A stretch of DNA of 64,000 nt from Patescibacteria group bacterium (GTDB lineage: Bacteria > Patescibacteriota > Minisyncoccia > Phycocordibacterales > Phycocordibacteraceae), in the NCBI GenBank assembly GCA_018970425.1, contig JAGWWK010000002.1, forward strand, positions 7,891-71,890, in the 5' to 3' direction. Shown one piece after another: positions 9,188 through 18,675 of the stretch. The position numbers and the translations under genes were made by a program. The stretch's first letter is position 1; every line of letters begins with the position of its first letter. Under the pieces are notes generated by a model. That model searched no databases and was not told the DNA's origin. It saw nothing but the letters and a program-made list of their open reading frames with translations.

Positions 9188-9652
9188 ATGGCAAAAAAAC
9201 TATCATTCTTCGACCGACTCACCGGCTCGACAGCAGAGGAAGAAGACGCCTTCTCTGAGGAAGAAGCGCGCCATATAACTCCAACGCGCTCGCGAGCTGC
9301 GCCGGCAGAGGTTGAAGACGTTGGTGAGGCACAGCTCACCGTAGACATGTACGAGACTCCGAGCGAAATTGTTGTTAAAGCACTCGTTGCTGGTGTTCGT
9401 CCGGAAGATCTTGATATCTCAATTACACGCGACATGGTCACGATTCGTGGCCGCAGAGTTGAGTCTAAAGAAATTGATGAAGAGTCGTTCGTGTACCGCG
9501 AGTTATTCTGGGGCGCCTTCAGTAGGACTATCGTGCTCCCTGCAGAGGTGGACGTGGACATGGCAGAGGCGGAGCAGAAGCATGGCCTTCTCACAATCCA
9601 CCTGCCCAAGATCAATAAAGATCGACAGACCAAACTCAAGGTTAGAGGCTAG
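9188..9652 (+). CDS. Hsp20/alpha-crystallin small heat shock protein
   Basis: VDMYET, GAFSRTIVLP, GLLTIHLPK. Confidence 0.92.
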   Translation: MAKKLSFFDRLTGSTAEEEDAFSEEEARHITPTRSRAAPAEVEDVGEAQLTVDMYETPSEIVVKALVAGVRPEDLDISITRDMVTIRGRRVESKEIDEESFVYRELFWGAFSRTIVLPAEVDVDMAEAEQKHGLLTIHLPKINKDRQTKLKVRG

Positions 9653-9745
9653 ATTTCCCCTGAGTTTTAAGATAAAATAGCCACTGTGGCCGAGTACGCA
9701 TCGCGTACTCACGCGTCACGCTGAATACCAGTATTCAGCACATAT

Positions 9746-9819
9746 GCCGGGATAGCTCAGTTAGTTAGAGCATTCGCCTGAAGAGCGAAGGGTCGTCAGT
9801 GCGAATCTGACTCCCGGCA
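9746..9819 (+). tRNA. tRNA-Phe(GAA) with atypical D/T loops
   Basis: GCCGGGA/TCCCGGC acceptor; TTCGC-CTGAAGA-GCGAA; T arm GTCAG-TGCGAAT-CTGAC. Confidence 0.9.
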
Positions 9820-9913
9820 CCGAGAGAAGAGAGTGAGACGCTTGCGTACTCACTCTTGGACGAGGTGACGGAGTATGTGTCTCATACTCCCGGCACCGAG
9901 AGAAGAGAGTGAG
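9810..9913 (+). repeat. 28-bp direct repeat including tRNA-Phe 3' end
   Basis: ACTCCCGGCACCGAGAGAAGAGAGTGAG at 9810-9837 and 9886-9913. Confidence 0.9.
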
Positions 9914-9937
9914 GCGCCTTAATGAATTACTCTCTGA

Positions 9938-10237
9938 TTACGGCTGTATGCCGAAGTCTCTTAACAAATCCCAAATTCCGCTGACTTGGCTTTCAATATT
10001 TTTTGCCTCAGACTGGAGCGACGCTCCGGTCTCTTGTACGGCACGGTACTGCGCCTGCGCGGCCGTCAGGTAGGGCTCGAGGTACAACCACGAGACCGCG
10101 GGTACGACAACGAGTAACACGACCCACCACACGAACGTGATAACAGAGTGAATAAATGCGGAACGCCGCTGACTGCGGAGCATTGCATTATTTTCTCGCA
10201 CTAGCTGATACATTTCTTCAAGTTTTCTTTCATCCAT
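9938..10237 (-). CDS. hypothetical membrane protein
   Basis: 99 aa, one TM flanked by coiled-coil-like segments; TATACT 6 nt before ATG. Confidence 0.75.
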   Translation of the reverse strand: MDERKLEEMYQLVRENNAMLRSQRRSAFIHSVITFVWWVVLLVVVPAVSWLYLEPYLTAAQAQYRAVQETGASLQSEAKNIESQVSGIWDLLRDFGIQP

Positions 10238-10259
10238 GAACGTAGTATAGCCGAAAAAA

Positions 10260-10334
10260 TGGTGCCCTCAGCAGGAATTGAACCTACATCTTCTCCTTAG
10301 GACGGAGCTGCTCTATCCGTTGAGCTATGAGGGC
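10260..10334 (-). tRNA. tRNA-Arg(CCT), CCA encoded
   Basis: GCCCTCA/TGAGGGC acceptor; CTCC-GTCCTAA-GGAG; GGTTCAATTCC. Confidence 0.92.
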
Positions 10335-10425
10335 CTGGGGCCCCGACAAGCGTAGCTTATGAGGGCGTACCTCGATAGTACACCACTCAGGGCGTAGCAA
10401 AAACCCCGCGTGAGCGGGGTGTGCG

Positions 10426-10680
10426 CTACTCCTTAATGCCGAGAAGTTCGGCCAGCTTTGGCTTATCAAAGCCAATCACGATGTCGTCGCCAATCCGGAT
10501 TACCGGTACCCCCATCTGGCCAGTGAGGTCAATCATTTCTTGACGCTTCTCGAAGTTAGATGAAACGTCATAGTTTGTGAACGGTATGTTGTGCTTCGTA
10601 AAGTAATCCTTCGACAGTGCGCAAAAGTGGCATGTCGGGGTTGAATAGATGACGACTTCTTTAGGTGTAGAGGTGTCCAT
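10426..10680 (-). CDS. glutaredoxin-like protein (NrdH/YruB type)
   Basis: YSTPTCHFC, GQMGVPVI, IGFD. Confidence 0.9.
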   Translation of the reverse strand: MDTSTPKEVVIYSTPTCHFCALSKDYFTKHNIPFTNYDVSSNFEKRQEMIDLTGQMGVPVIRIGDDIVIGFDKPKLAELLGIKE

Positions 10681-10746
10681 GAATATGTGTAATTACTTTG
10701 CTATTATAGCATAGCCGCATACCAGCGTTGCGGTCGGAATATTTGT

Positions 10747-10817
10747 GCAGGATTAGTTTAGTGGCAGAATGACTGCTTCCCAAGCAGTAGGCACGAGTTC
10801 GATTCTCGTATCCTGCA
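10747..10817 (+). tRNA. tRNA-Gly(CCC)
   Basis: GCAGGAT/ATCCTGC acceptor; ACTGC-TTCCCAA-GCAGT; GAGTTCGATTCTC. Confidence 0.93.
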
Positions 10818-10863
10818 CAAATCCTCTGTACCGACTCCTAGGGTCCCACGGCCCAGCTCTCTC

Positions 10864-11238
10864 TTACCAGAAAGGTATGAGTGCGCGGAGGCGTTCCCAT
10901 ACGGTAGCAGGGGCTTCGGGCTCTGGAGCCACGCTGTCGGCCTTAACAAATATAAACTCGACTTCCCCATTTTTGACCCATGGGTAGGTAGAGCGAATGT
11001 GCTCCTCTACCCCTCGCTCAGTTTTGAGCGCAGCAAGCTTATCCTTGAGAACCGCCACTCGCTCAGCAAGCTCGGCACGGGTCGACTCTGCTTCGATTCG
11101 CTCCGCCCGCACCACGCTCAGCGTGCCGAATACGCGATAGGTCGAAATGAGGAGCGCGGACGCAAGGAGGACAAGTACAATAGCGAGCGCCCACATAAGG
11201 ACTCGCTGTACCTGCCGAACAGTCCGCTTTGTCGCCAT
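10864..11238 (-). CDS. septum formation initiator family protein (FtsB/DivIC-like)
   Basis: TM plus coiled coil plus E..IR.....VKNGE motif. Confidence 0.7.
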   Translation of the reverse strand: MATKRTVRQVQRVLMWALAIVLVLLASALLISTYRVFGTLSVVRAERIEAESTRAELAERVAVLKDKLAALKTERGVEEHIRSTYPWVKNGEVEFIFVKADSVAPEPEAPATVWERLRALIPFW

Positions 11239-11394
11239 AGCCAAAGTATAGTATGTACTGTATACTCTCATCCATGTTATTCGACAAGAAAACGAAAGGG
11301 ATTATCCGAATATTCTGGATTATCACATCCATCCTCGTGATCGTCTCAATGGTGGCCCTCTCGATCCCGTTCGGCTATTAAGCGCACCTACACT

Positions 11395-11688
11395 ATGGGT
11401 ATTCAAGACGATGATGCAGAGGCGATTCTCTGGGGAATGTACCGGGTATCAGAAATCGGTAGAAACCTATGTTTTTCTATTCTTATAGGACTCGGTGGGT
11501 ATGGAGCTCTCGATGCACTTGATATCAGTCCTTTTGAATTAGCGTGGACGGACTACACCCTTGGGGGTCTCGTCCTATCTATAGCTACGGTACTTCTGCA
11601 TCAATTTTCAAAAAAGACATATCAAAGCCAGCAAGAAGTAAGTGTCCGATCGATGGACGACCAATACTCTGACTCACAGAAACATTAA
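11395..11688 (+). CDS. hypothetical two-TM protein
   Basis: 97-aa ORF, lower GC than flanks, two hydrophobic segments; TACACT directly before ATG. Confidence 0.5.
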   Translation: MGIQDDDAEAILWGMYRVSEIGRNLCFSILIGLGGYGALDALDISPFELAWTDYTLGGLVLSIATVLLHQFSKKTYQSQQEVSVRSMDDQYSDSQKH

Positions 11689-13466
11689 TCTTCACTCGGC
11701 TTAATTAGTTTAAGAAAGACTTCCTGTGGGATGTGCATGCGATTGCCGCCAAGTTCGCCGCGGCGCTCTTTTCCTTTCTTTTGCTTCTCGAGCAATTTCA
11801 TTTTTCGCGTTACGTCACCGCCATACAGGTAGCCCGTCACGTCTTTTCTCAGCGCGCTTATCGACTCACTTGCAACAATCCGCCCGTCAGCGCGTGCCTG
11901 GATCTTCACCACAAACTGTTGCCGCGGTAGCTCTTTCTTAAGTCGCTCAACCAGAGAGCGCGCCTCTCCTTCTAACCTGCGGCGAGACAATATGCGCGAA
12001 AGCGCCGGCACCTCCTCCTCCGCTACCAACACATCGAGCCGTACCACGTCTGCTGACTGCCAGCCGGTCAGGTCGTATGAGAGCGACGCGTAGCCACTCG
12101 TCGCACTTTTCAATGAATCGAAAAAACCGTGCATCAGCTCGCGAAGCGGCATGTGTACCGTGAGGCGCATACGCGAGAGATACATTTCCGTAGTTTGTAT
12201 TACTCCCTCGTGCTCGTAGAGAAGTTGCGTGACCGGTGACAGATATTCGACCGGCGTCATGATGGTGAGCGTCGTCACCTGCTCAGTTACTGACTCGATT
12301 GATCCATCATTTGGAAATTGCGATGCTGACCTCGCATACAATGCGCCCTTCTTTGTCGTCACTTCGTATGTAATCGAAGGCGCGGTAATGACTGGCACTA
12401 CCCCGTGCTCTCGTTTGAGCCGCTCCGTTACGATCTCCATGTGGAGCATGCCCAAAAAGCCAGTGCGGAACCCTTTTCCAAGCGTGAGCGATCCTTCCTC
12501 TTCAAACGACAATGCGGAGTCCGAGAGTTTGAGACGGTACAGTGCGTGCTTGAGGAGCGTAAAGTCGTCTTGTGACTCCGGATACAGTGATGCCCAAACT
12601 ACTGGTTTTGGCACCTCGTATCCGGGGAGCGCGCTACCATTTTTTTGTGCCAGCGTATCGCCAACAATCCCCTGCGATGCCTCGCGAAGTCCGGTAACAA
12701 CGTACCCGATATCTCCTGCTACGAGCGCTTCCGCCTTGCGTTCGTGTGGCACCACATGGCCAAGCTCAAGGAGTGTTGAAGATGCTCCTGCGGAGACGAG
12801 CGTAGCGCGTTCACGTGGCGTCAGTACGCCGTCCATCACACGGACGTACGCCACTATGCCGCGGTGTTCTGAAAATGAGTAGTCAAACACGAGAGCTCGT
12901 GTCCCCGGTCCTCCCTTCGGTACTGGAGCCGGAATGCGGGTAACAATCGCGTCAAGAAGCTCAGGCACACCCGCTCCAGTCCTGCCGGATACATGCATTA
13001 TGTCGTCGAGCTCAACCCCGAGGAGTTCAACCATTTCAATCGAGATATCATCGACGCGCGCGAGAGGAGAGTCAATCTTTGTTATGACCGGCAGAATGGC
13101 GCATCCCGCTTCTCGAGCCATGTGCAAGACCGCCAGGGTTTGGGCTTGGACGCCCTGCGTCGCGTCAACAAGGAGGAGCACGCCCTCCACCGCAGTAAGC
13201 GCGCGTGACACCTCATACGCGAAGTCAATGTGTCCAGGCGTATCAATAAGATTGAAAACATGCGGAACACCATTTGCACTCCACTCCATGCGGACTGGCT
13301 GCATCTTGATGGTGATACCCCGCTCACGTTCAAGGTCCATCGCATCAAGGACCTGAGCGCGCATCTTCCGCGCTTCGATAGTCTTTGTAACCTCAAGCAT
13401 ACGGTCCGCAAGCGTCGACTTACCATGGTCGATGTGCGCTATGATTGAAAAATTTCGTATGTTCAT
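11685..13466 (-). CDS. lepA: elongation factor 4
   Basis: IRNFSIIAHIDHGKSTLADR, LERERGITIK, GFLGMLHMEI, RKMKLLEKQKKGK. Confidence 0.97.
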   Translation of the reverse strand: MNIRNFSIIAHIDHGKSTLADRMLEVTKTIEARKMRAQVLDAMDLERERGITIKMQPVRMEWSANGVPHVFNLIDTPGHIDFAYEVSRALTAVEGVLLLVDATQGVQAQTLAVLHMAREAGCAILPVITKIDSPLARVDDISIEMVELLGVELDDIMHVSGRTGAGVPELLDAIVTRIPAPVPKGGPGTRALVFDYSFSEHRGIVAYVRVMDGVLTPRERATLVSAGASSTLLELGHVVPHERKAEALVAGDIGYVVTGLREASQGIVGDTLAQKNGSALPGYEVPKPVVWASLYPESQDDFTLLKHALYRLKLSDSALSFEEEGSLTLGKGFRTGFLGMLHMEIVTERLKREHGVVPVITAPSITYEVTTKKGALYARSASQFPNDGSIESVTEQVTTLTIMTPVEYLSPVTQLLYEHEGVIQTTEMYLSRMRLTVHMPLRELMHGFFDSLKSATSGYASLSYDLTGWQSADVVRLDVLVAEEEVPALSRILSRRRLEGEARSLVERLKKELPRQQFVVKIQARADGRIVASESISALRKDVTGYLYGGDVTRKMKLLEKQKKGKERRGELGGNRMHIPQEVFLKLIKPSED

Positions 13467-15088
13467 CGTAAGAATCGGGCTGTAACGAGTGCGGTAATAT
13501 CGCGCAGTTCCGCGCTCTTCAGGAGTACGAGTACCGCAATCCAGAGGACGAGCCCTGCGGCTCCCGCGGTAACCCCTTGAGCGAAGATACCTAAAAAGGT
13601 GTTCGTTGGCAACAAGGGGCCAAACGCGTTGAGCGCAAGGTACGCCGCGGCGGCTCCTGCAACTGACGCAGCAAATGACGTTCCAAACGCGCGAGCCGCA
13701 ACACTGCTCCCGCCGTAACGGATCACAAACAGGCCGACATAGACAAGCGCGGCCAGAATCATTGCAGCTGAAAAAGCCGCAGGAAGAACTAAGACCTCCG
13801 TGCCTGGCACATCACTCACGCGTAGCAGTGCCTCAAGGAAGTAGAGCATGACAGGATACGCGCCAACAACGTGAATTGAGAGAAACGCGAGCCCTGCCGC
13901 ACCAAGTGCGCTCGCAAACGCAATACATACGGGTGCAAGTGACGCGTGAGCGGCATAATATGCTCGCGAAAACGCAAGGAGGAGTGCCTGCGCGAGGAGT
14001 GACACGACAAACAACGCGAGCATTGCGGCAGTGAGTCGCGTATCATCCCAAGAAAACGCTCCCGATCCTAAGACCACTCGGACGATGTGTGCTCGGAGCA
14101 CAATAATGAGCATAGTTGCAGGAAGCAGCCAAAATACAAGGTGTCGCACCGCAACCCAGACCTCTCGCGCGTACTCGCCCCACTCCGCACGATGCGCATG
14201 CCCGGCAAGCGCAGGAAACAGTGCAGATGCATACGAGAGCCCAATAACGGTAAGTGCGACTGACTGCAGGTTGAACGCGAAACTGAGCGCGGCTACTGAC
14301 CCGACCGCGATTTGAGATGCAAGTGCCGCAAATGCTACCAAGAGGAGTTGCGTTGAAAAAAGCGTGAGCGACCGCGGTACTGATGGCGTAATGACTGAAT
14401 GTGTAAATTCACTAACTGAAAGCCCTCCTGATGCGCCCTGCCCTCTCATAACCGGCCCGATCTGTACCCCGAGGTGGAGCGCTGCACCCAAGACCACTCC
14501 CCACGCGAGTCCTGCCATGCCAAATGTCGGAAAGAGGAACATAGCACCCGCAATGATACCGAGGTTATACAAAGCCGGTGCTAATGCGAAAAGCGCAAAG
14601 CGCCGTTCACTCTGCACGTATGACGCGAGGATGGAGGAAATACCGAGGAGAATCGGCTGAATAAGGAGAATACGCGCGAGAGATGCAGTTTCCTCTAGCG
14701 CCGCAGCACTGAAGCCAGGCGCAAGAAGCGGCACCAGGAGATCTAAGGAGAGCATAAGCACGAGTGCGATAGGCACTGCCGCCACTCCGAAATAGAACAC
14801 CAGTGATCGGAGGGCACCTAAACGCTCACTTGGACTCCTGCGCGAGAAAAGCGGCACAAGTACAAACGACGACACCACGAGCGTAAACACAGCGAACGCG
14901 ACATCAGGTACACGGAATGCTGCAAAGTAGATGTCGAGCTCTGGACCTGCGCCAAACAGGTGCGCGAAGGTGCGGTCTCGCAACAGTGCAAGCACTTGTG
15001 AGACGAGTGAGAACGCTGCTAAGAGATACGCGGCCTCATGGAGGCCGCGTATTTCTCTATCCATACGCGCAAGGAACGTTCGAACCAT
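13463..15088 (-). CDS. murJ: lipid II flippase
   Basis: About 14 TM; LLRDR..A..FGAG, AAFRVPD, P.LYNLGII. Confidence 0.88.
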   Translation of the reverse strand: MVRTFLARMDREIRGLHEAAYLLAAFSLVSQVLALLRDRTFAHLFGAGPELDIYFAAFRVPDVAFAVFTLVVSSFVLVPLFSRRSPSERLGALRSLVFYFGVAAVPIALVLMLSLDLLVPLLAPGFSAAALEETASLARILLIQPILLGISSILASYVQSERRFALFALAPALYNLGIIAGAMFLFPTFGMAGLAWGVVLGAALHLGVQIGPVMRGQGASGGLSVSEFTHSVITPSVPRSLTLFSTQLLLVAFAALASQIAVGSVAALSFAFNLQSVALTVIGLSYASALFPALAGHAHRAEWGEYAREVWVAVRHLVFWLLPATMLIIVLRAHIVRVVLGSGAFSWDDTRLTAAMLALFVVSLLAQALLLAFSRAYYAAHASLAPVCIAFASALGAAGLAFLSIHVVGAYPVMLYFLEALLRVSDVPGTEVLVLPAAFSAAMILAALVYVGLFVIRYGGSSVAARAFGTSFAASVAGAAAAYLALNAFGPLLPTNTFLGIFAQGVTAGAAGLVLWIAVLVLLKSAELRDITALVTARFLR

Positions 15089-15091
15089 TGA

Positions 15092-17359
15092 CTAGCGTCT
15101 CGGCGCAAACGGGTTTTTACCGGCGCGGAGACCGGTAATAATCCCGGCGACTTCCTCATTATCTGGATTCAGGCGCTGTACTTCGACAAACTCTGGAATG
15201 GCGAGCTCATACTGATTTTTAACCACATAGGTGCGTCCTAGGTAGAATCGCGCATTCGCGTACTCCGGAGCGATCGCTACCGCGCGTAGAAATGATTCAA
15301 GCGCGGCATCATATCGGCGTGCCTCAAACTTAAGCACTCCCGCCTGGAACTGAAGAACCGCGTTTGACGGCTCGAAGAGTGCTGCTGCCTCTGCTCGCTC
15401 TATGGCCTTATCAAGGTTGCCAGAGTTCAGCTCAAGCTGTGCAAGAGAGTTAAGCGCGGGAATAAAGTCACGCTTCAAGGCAATCGACTCCTCGAGGAAT
15501 GCGCGCGCTTCGGCCGTCTTCCCCTGCGATGCCTCAAGCTGCGCAAGCGTTAGAGGTAGAGTCGGCATGCCAGGGTTTAATGTTCGCGCTTTCACCATCG
15601 CATTTACTGCCGCCTCGTACGAACCGTCTACTTTGAGCGGGACGACTGCCTGATAGGTAGCGCTCAATGTCGTCCAGTTGCGATAGTTGGTCTCGTTCAT
15701 TCGAACCGCGGAGAGCGCTGCTTCAACGGCGGACCCAAGCTCGCGTTGGAATGCCTCTTGAGAGCGCGTATCACTACCCGCGGACGCGATAATCGTGTTG
15801 AGCTTCGCGAGATGAATAAACGCGGCTAGACGGAATGCTTCATCAGTCGGATTGAGTGTAACCGCGCTCCGCACACGCTCAAGGCCGAGGTCAAAATTTC
15901 CCTCAACTTGTGCCGCCCGAGATGCCTCCTCAGCCGCCTGCGCAGCTGCGTAGACAACACCGACGCCGTAAACAGTAAGTACCGACGCAACGAGCGCAAA
16001 CGCGAGTCCAAGTACCGCCACGAACCCGACGCGAGGACGCTCGCGAAAGTCAACGGAGAACACTGGTCCAAGAGACGCGCGGTGCTGGAGCGCCGCATAC
16101 ATACCGATGAGTGCGAAGCCGATAAATGCGACCTGCGGAGATGGTAAGTAAAGAACCGCCATCGCGAGGGTATACAGACCGCCGTAGAACGTGAGCACCA
16201 TGAGCTGATACGTCTGCGGATCATGTGCTGTACGCGAGAGAAGACCTCGTACTCCCACAAAGAGAAATGCCCCAATAAGGAGGAGCCATGCCAGCGTACC
16301 AATAAGACCCGTGGTCACAATTGACGTAGGAATAAGTCCGACTCCTGCGGTAAAGTCGGCGTTCCAGAAGATGCTCTGATTTACCTCAAGAGGGCGATAC
16401 AGATCCCACTGAGTTGCAAACAAGTTTGGCCCCGCGCCGGTCAGCGGGTTACTCGCTAGAGCTCCCTGCGCTATCGCAAACGTTGATGTCCACGCTGGTC
16501 GCGCTTCTACGTGCTCAAGACCAAACGCGCGGCTCATACTTCCGCCAATCGATCCCGCAAAGAGCACCGCGACAGTTGCAAGCACGAAGACAATCGTTGC
16601 CGCGATAGAGAATGTGGACTGTTCTTTAGGCTCAAGAACGAGCTTGTATATAAGGACACCAAGCGCGACAAGGCCGAGTGCAACCCATGCCGGTGTGAAG
16701 TTAACAAGCGTCACGAAAAATACGGAAGCGACGAGTGTCGTGAGTACCGCGTACCACTCTCGGCCCTTGAGCGTAAACGACTCGAGCGCGATAAGTGCCA
16801 TACCGCCCATGAGACCAAAAAAGATTGCGAGATCGGTCCACTTGCCGAGCGGGGTAAAGAGCGGGTTGGTCATTACTCCAAACGAAGTAAGATCAGTTCC
16901 AAGAACGAGTCGGATGAGATGAAAGAGCGCTACAACTCCAGAGACTGCGACGAGTACCGTGAGAGCCATGCGCACATCCGCCTTGCTGTCTGACACCGCA
17001 AACGGCACAGTGACAGAGAGCGCGAGCATTGCCGCGAAGAATACTGTATCTCCATCGAGCCCGCTTCCGACAAGCGACCACATAAATGACGGACCTAGGA
17101 GCGCCGATGCGAGGTACGCAAGCGGTAAGAGCCACGCAGCTCCAATAACAAACGAAAGCGGAATACTGATAGATCCGCGCTTTAATGAGTACAAAATAGC
17201 GAGTACAGAAGCACCAATCAGCGCGACAGTTGCGATGGTCATCTTCAGTGCAGGTATGGGCACCGTGTACGAGACAATAAAAATAGTTGGTACTAAAAAG
17301 AGTCCCGCAAGGTAGATACGATTTGCGGCATTAGATATGAATGAATGTACTGATGACAT
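15092..17359 (-). CDS. multi-TM O-antigen-ligase-like protein with C-terminal TPR repeats
   Basis: About 12 TM, PLTGAGPN-F loop typical of Wzy_C, then several TPR helices. Confidence 0.75.
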   Translation of the reverse strand: MSSVHSFISNAANRIYLAGLFLVPTIFIVSYTVPIPALKMTIATVALIGASVLAILYSLKRGSISIPLSFVIGAAWLLPLAYLASALLGPSFMWSLVGSGLDGDTVFFAAMLALSVTVPFAVSDSKADVRMALTVLVAVSGVVALFHLIRLVLGTDLTSFGVMTNPLFTPLGKWTDLAIFFGLMGGMALIALESFTLKGREWYAVLTTLVASVFFVTLVNFTPAWVALGLVALGVLIYKLVLEPKEQSTFSIAATIVFVLATVAVLFAGSIGGSMSRAFGLEHVEARPAWTSTFAIAQGALASNPLTGAGPNLFATQWDLYRPLEVNQSIFWNADFTAGVGLIPTSIVTTGLIGTLAWLLLIGAFLFVGVRGLLSRTAHDPQTYQLMVLTFYGGLYTLAMAVLYLPSPQVAFIGFALIGMYAALQHRASLGPVFSVDFRERPRVGFVAVLGLAFALVASVLTVYGVGVVYAAAQAAEEASRAAQVEGNFDLGLERVRSAVTLNPTDEAFRLAAFIHLAKLNTIIASAGSDTRSQEAFQRELGSAVEAALSAVRMNETNYRNWTTLSATYQAVVPLKVDGSYEAAVNAMVKARTLNPGMPTLPLTLAQLEASQGKTAEARAFLEESIALKRDFIPALNSLAQLELNSGNLDKAIERAEAAALFEPSNAVLQFQAGVLKFEARRYDAALESFLRAVAIAPEYANARFYLGRTYVVKNQYELAIPEFVEVQRLNPDNEEVAGIITGLRAGKNPFAPRR

Positions 17360-17399
17360 ACTGCGGCTAAATTGATATATGCGCAGTATACCCTATCGC

Positions 17400-17429
17400 G
17401 TGAAAACCCCGCGGATGCGGGGTTTTCAC
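17400..17429 (-). terminator. intrinsic terminator of rnpB
   Basis: GTGAAAACCCCGC-ggat-GCGGGGTTTTCAC. Confidence 0.75.
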
Positions 17430-17441
17430 AACTGTGGGCTA

Positions 17442-17735
17442 TGCGTCGGTAAGCCGAATTCTGTTGAGGACGTGAGTCCATGGGCAATCATGTATCTTGT
17501 CCGCATGTTGCCATACGGATCTTTGCGGCACTTCCCATTGCTGGGACACGGCCTTGCACCCTGGTAAGGATTTTGCACGTTTCAGCCGGACTTAACCGGG
17601 TCGTTTCTGTTCGCACCTCTCACCGCGCCCACGCGGTGTGCGGGCGTTACCCGCTACCTTTTTAACCTGCGCACCCTTTCGAGTGCCAAGTGAGTGTTCG
17701 GACTTTCCTCTCTCAAAGAGCGATTGCCTGACGCA
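17442..17735 (-). ncRNA. rnpB: RNase P RNA (compact, about 294 nt)
   Basis: Minus strand has GAGGAAAGTCCGAAC near 5' end and ACAGAATTCGGCTTA near 3' end (P4 halves); TGCGTC/GACGCA terminal helix. Confidence 0.93.
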
Positions 17736-17770
17736 GTTCTGATTATATCACAATAAATAACTTGTCAAAA

Positions 17771-17868
17771 GCGGAGGCGGAGAGATTCGCCCGCAACTCG
17801 CGTCCTGCGGGCCGCGGTCTGGGCACCGACTCACTCGCCTACGCTCGCTCCGTCGTTCTCATCTCTCC
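17771..17868 (-). repeat. tRNA-Ser(GGA) 3'-tail element
   Basis: GCGGAGGCGGAGAGATTCG at 17771-17789 equals 17919-17937; core homologous to 256-320. Confidence 0.85.
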
Positions 17869-17919
17869 TTCTCTCGACATCAGTCCTTACCGAGACATGC
17901 TCGGCTCGGACTGCTGTTG

Positions 17920-18004
17920 CGGAGGCGGAGAGATTCGAACTCTCGGAGGGTTTCCCCTCACACGCTTTCCAAGCGTGCGCACTAGACCGCTATGCGACGC
18001 CTCC
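17920..18004 (-). tRNA. tRNA-Ser(GGA), CCA not encoded
   Basis: GGAGGCG/CGCCTCC acceptor; CACGC-TTGGAAA-GCGTG; long variable arm. Confidence 0.95.
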
Positions 18005-18035
18005 GTGCATACACGTTATAGCACAATCGCGTTTT

Positions 18036-18341
18036 TTAAACGGATACTAGATCTGCCTTCTTTGGGTAGAGTTGGTTTATGAACCCGAGCATAAAAAGTA
18101 TCGGAAGTATTGCAGGGACAGTAGACGCATACTCACCCGCACGGACGTGCTCTGCAACGTTGAAAAATTCATACGAGATCCAACCAGTGCCAAGGAGAAT
18201 AACCATAGCGCACACATGGTGCGTACGTTGTTCGCGGGGGCCGTATGTATAGGTTATTTCTTCTTCCACTACTTCTTTTATCACGTGCCGTCTCTGTTCT
18301 GCCATACTTTTCTTACTCCTGTATGCACTGAAAAGTTTCAT
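18036..18341 (-). CDS. hypothetical two-TM protein
   Basis: ORF with two hydrophobic segments; start uncertain (18341 or 18305). Confidence 0.5.
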   Translation of the reverse strand: MKLFSAYRSKKSMAEQRRHVIKEVVEEEITYTYGPREQRTHHVCAMVILLGTGWISYEFFNVAEHVRAGEYASTVPAILPILFMLGFINQLYPKKADLVSV

Positions 18342-18496
18342 CGAACAACTCGTAGCGTGGTAGAGACGAATGGTAAACAAAAAAATCCGCAAATGCTTTT
18401 TTTGCGTAACCTCGCTTCTACGTTGAGTGTATGACTAGTGAAGGAACGGTGAGGTACCAACCGCCACTTCCTTACTAGCGTAGTTAAAAAAAAACT

Positions 18497-18637
18497 ATGG
18501 CAACTGAAATTGTGGAGGGGTACCTCAGCTGGAACGAAGTCGTGATAAATGATGCGCTGTTTATCTTTGGCATCATGTCAGCGATTGGGTACATATTCAG
18601 TTCGGGCAAAAAGATAGGAAAAGACCTCGCATCATAA
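18497..18637 (+). CDS. 46-aa single-TM microprotein (not in ORF track)
   Basis: MATEIVEGYLSWNEVVINDALFIFGIMSAIGYIFSSGKKIGKDLAS; A-rich pre-start; followed by hairpins and terminator. Confidence 0.5.
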   Translation: MATEIVEGYLSWNEVVINDALFIFGIMSAIGYIFSSGKKIGKDLAS

Positions 18638-18675
18638 GACCTCACGGATTTCGCGAGATCCGAAGAGCATCTTCT

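Noticed and set aside
17762-18082. ORFs overlapping tRNA and rnpB genes (also 127-372, 10284-10475, 17379-17665)
   Set aside because: They overlap structural RNA genes and have no protein features.
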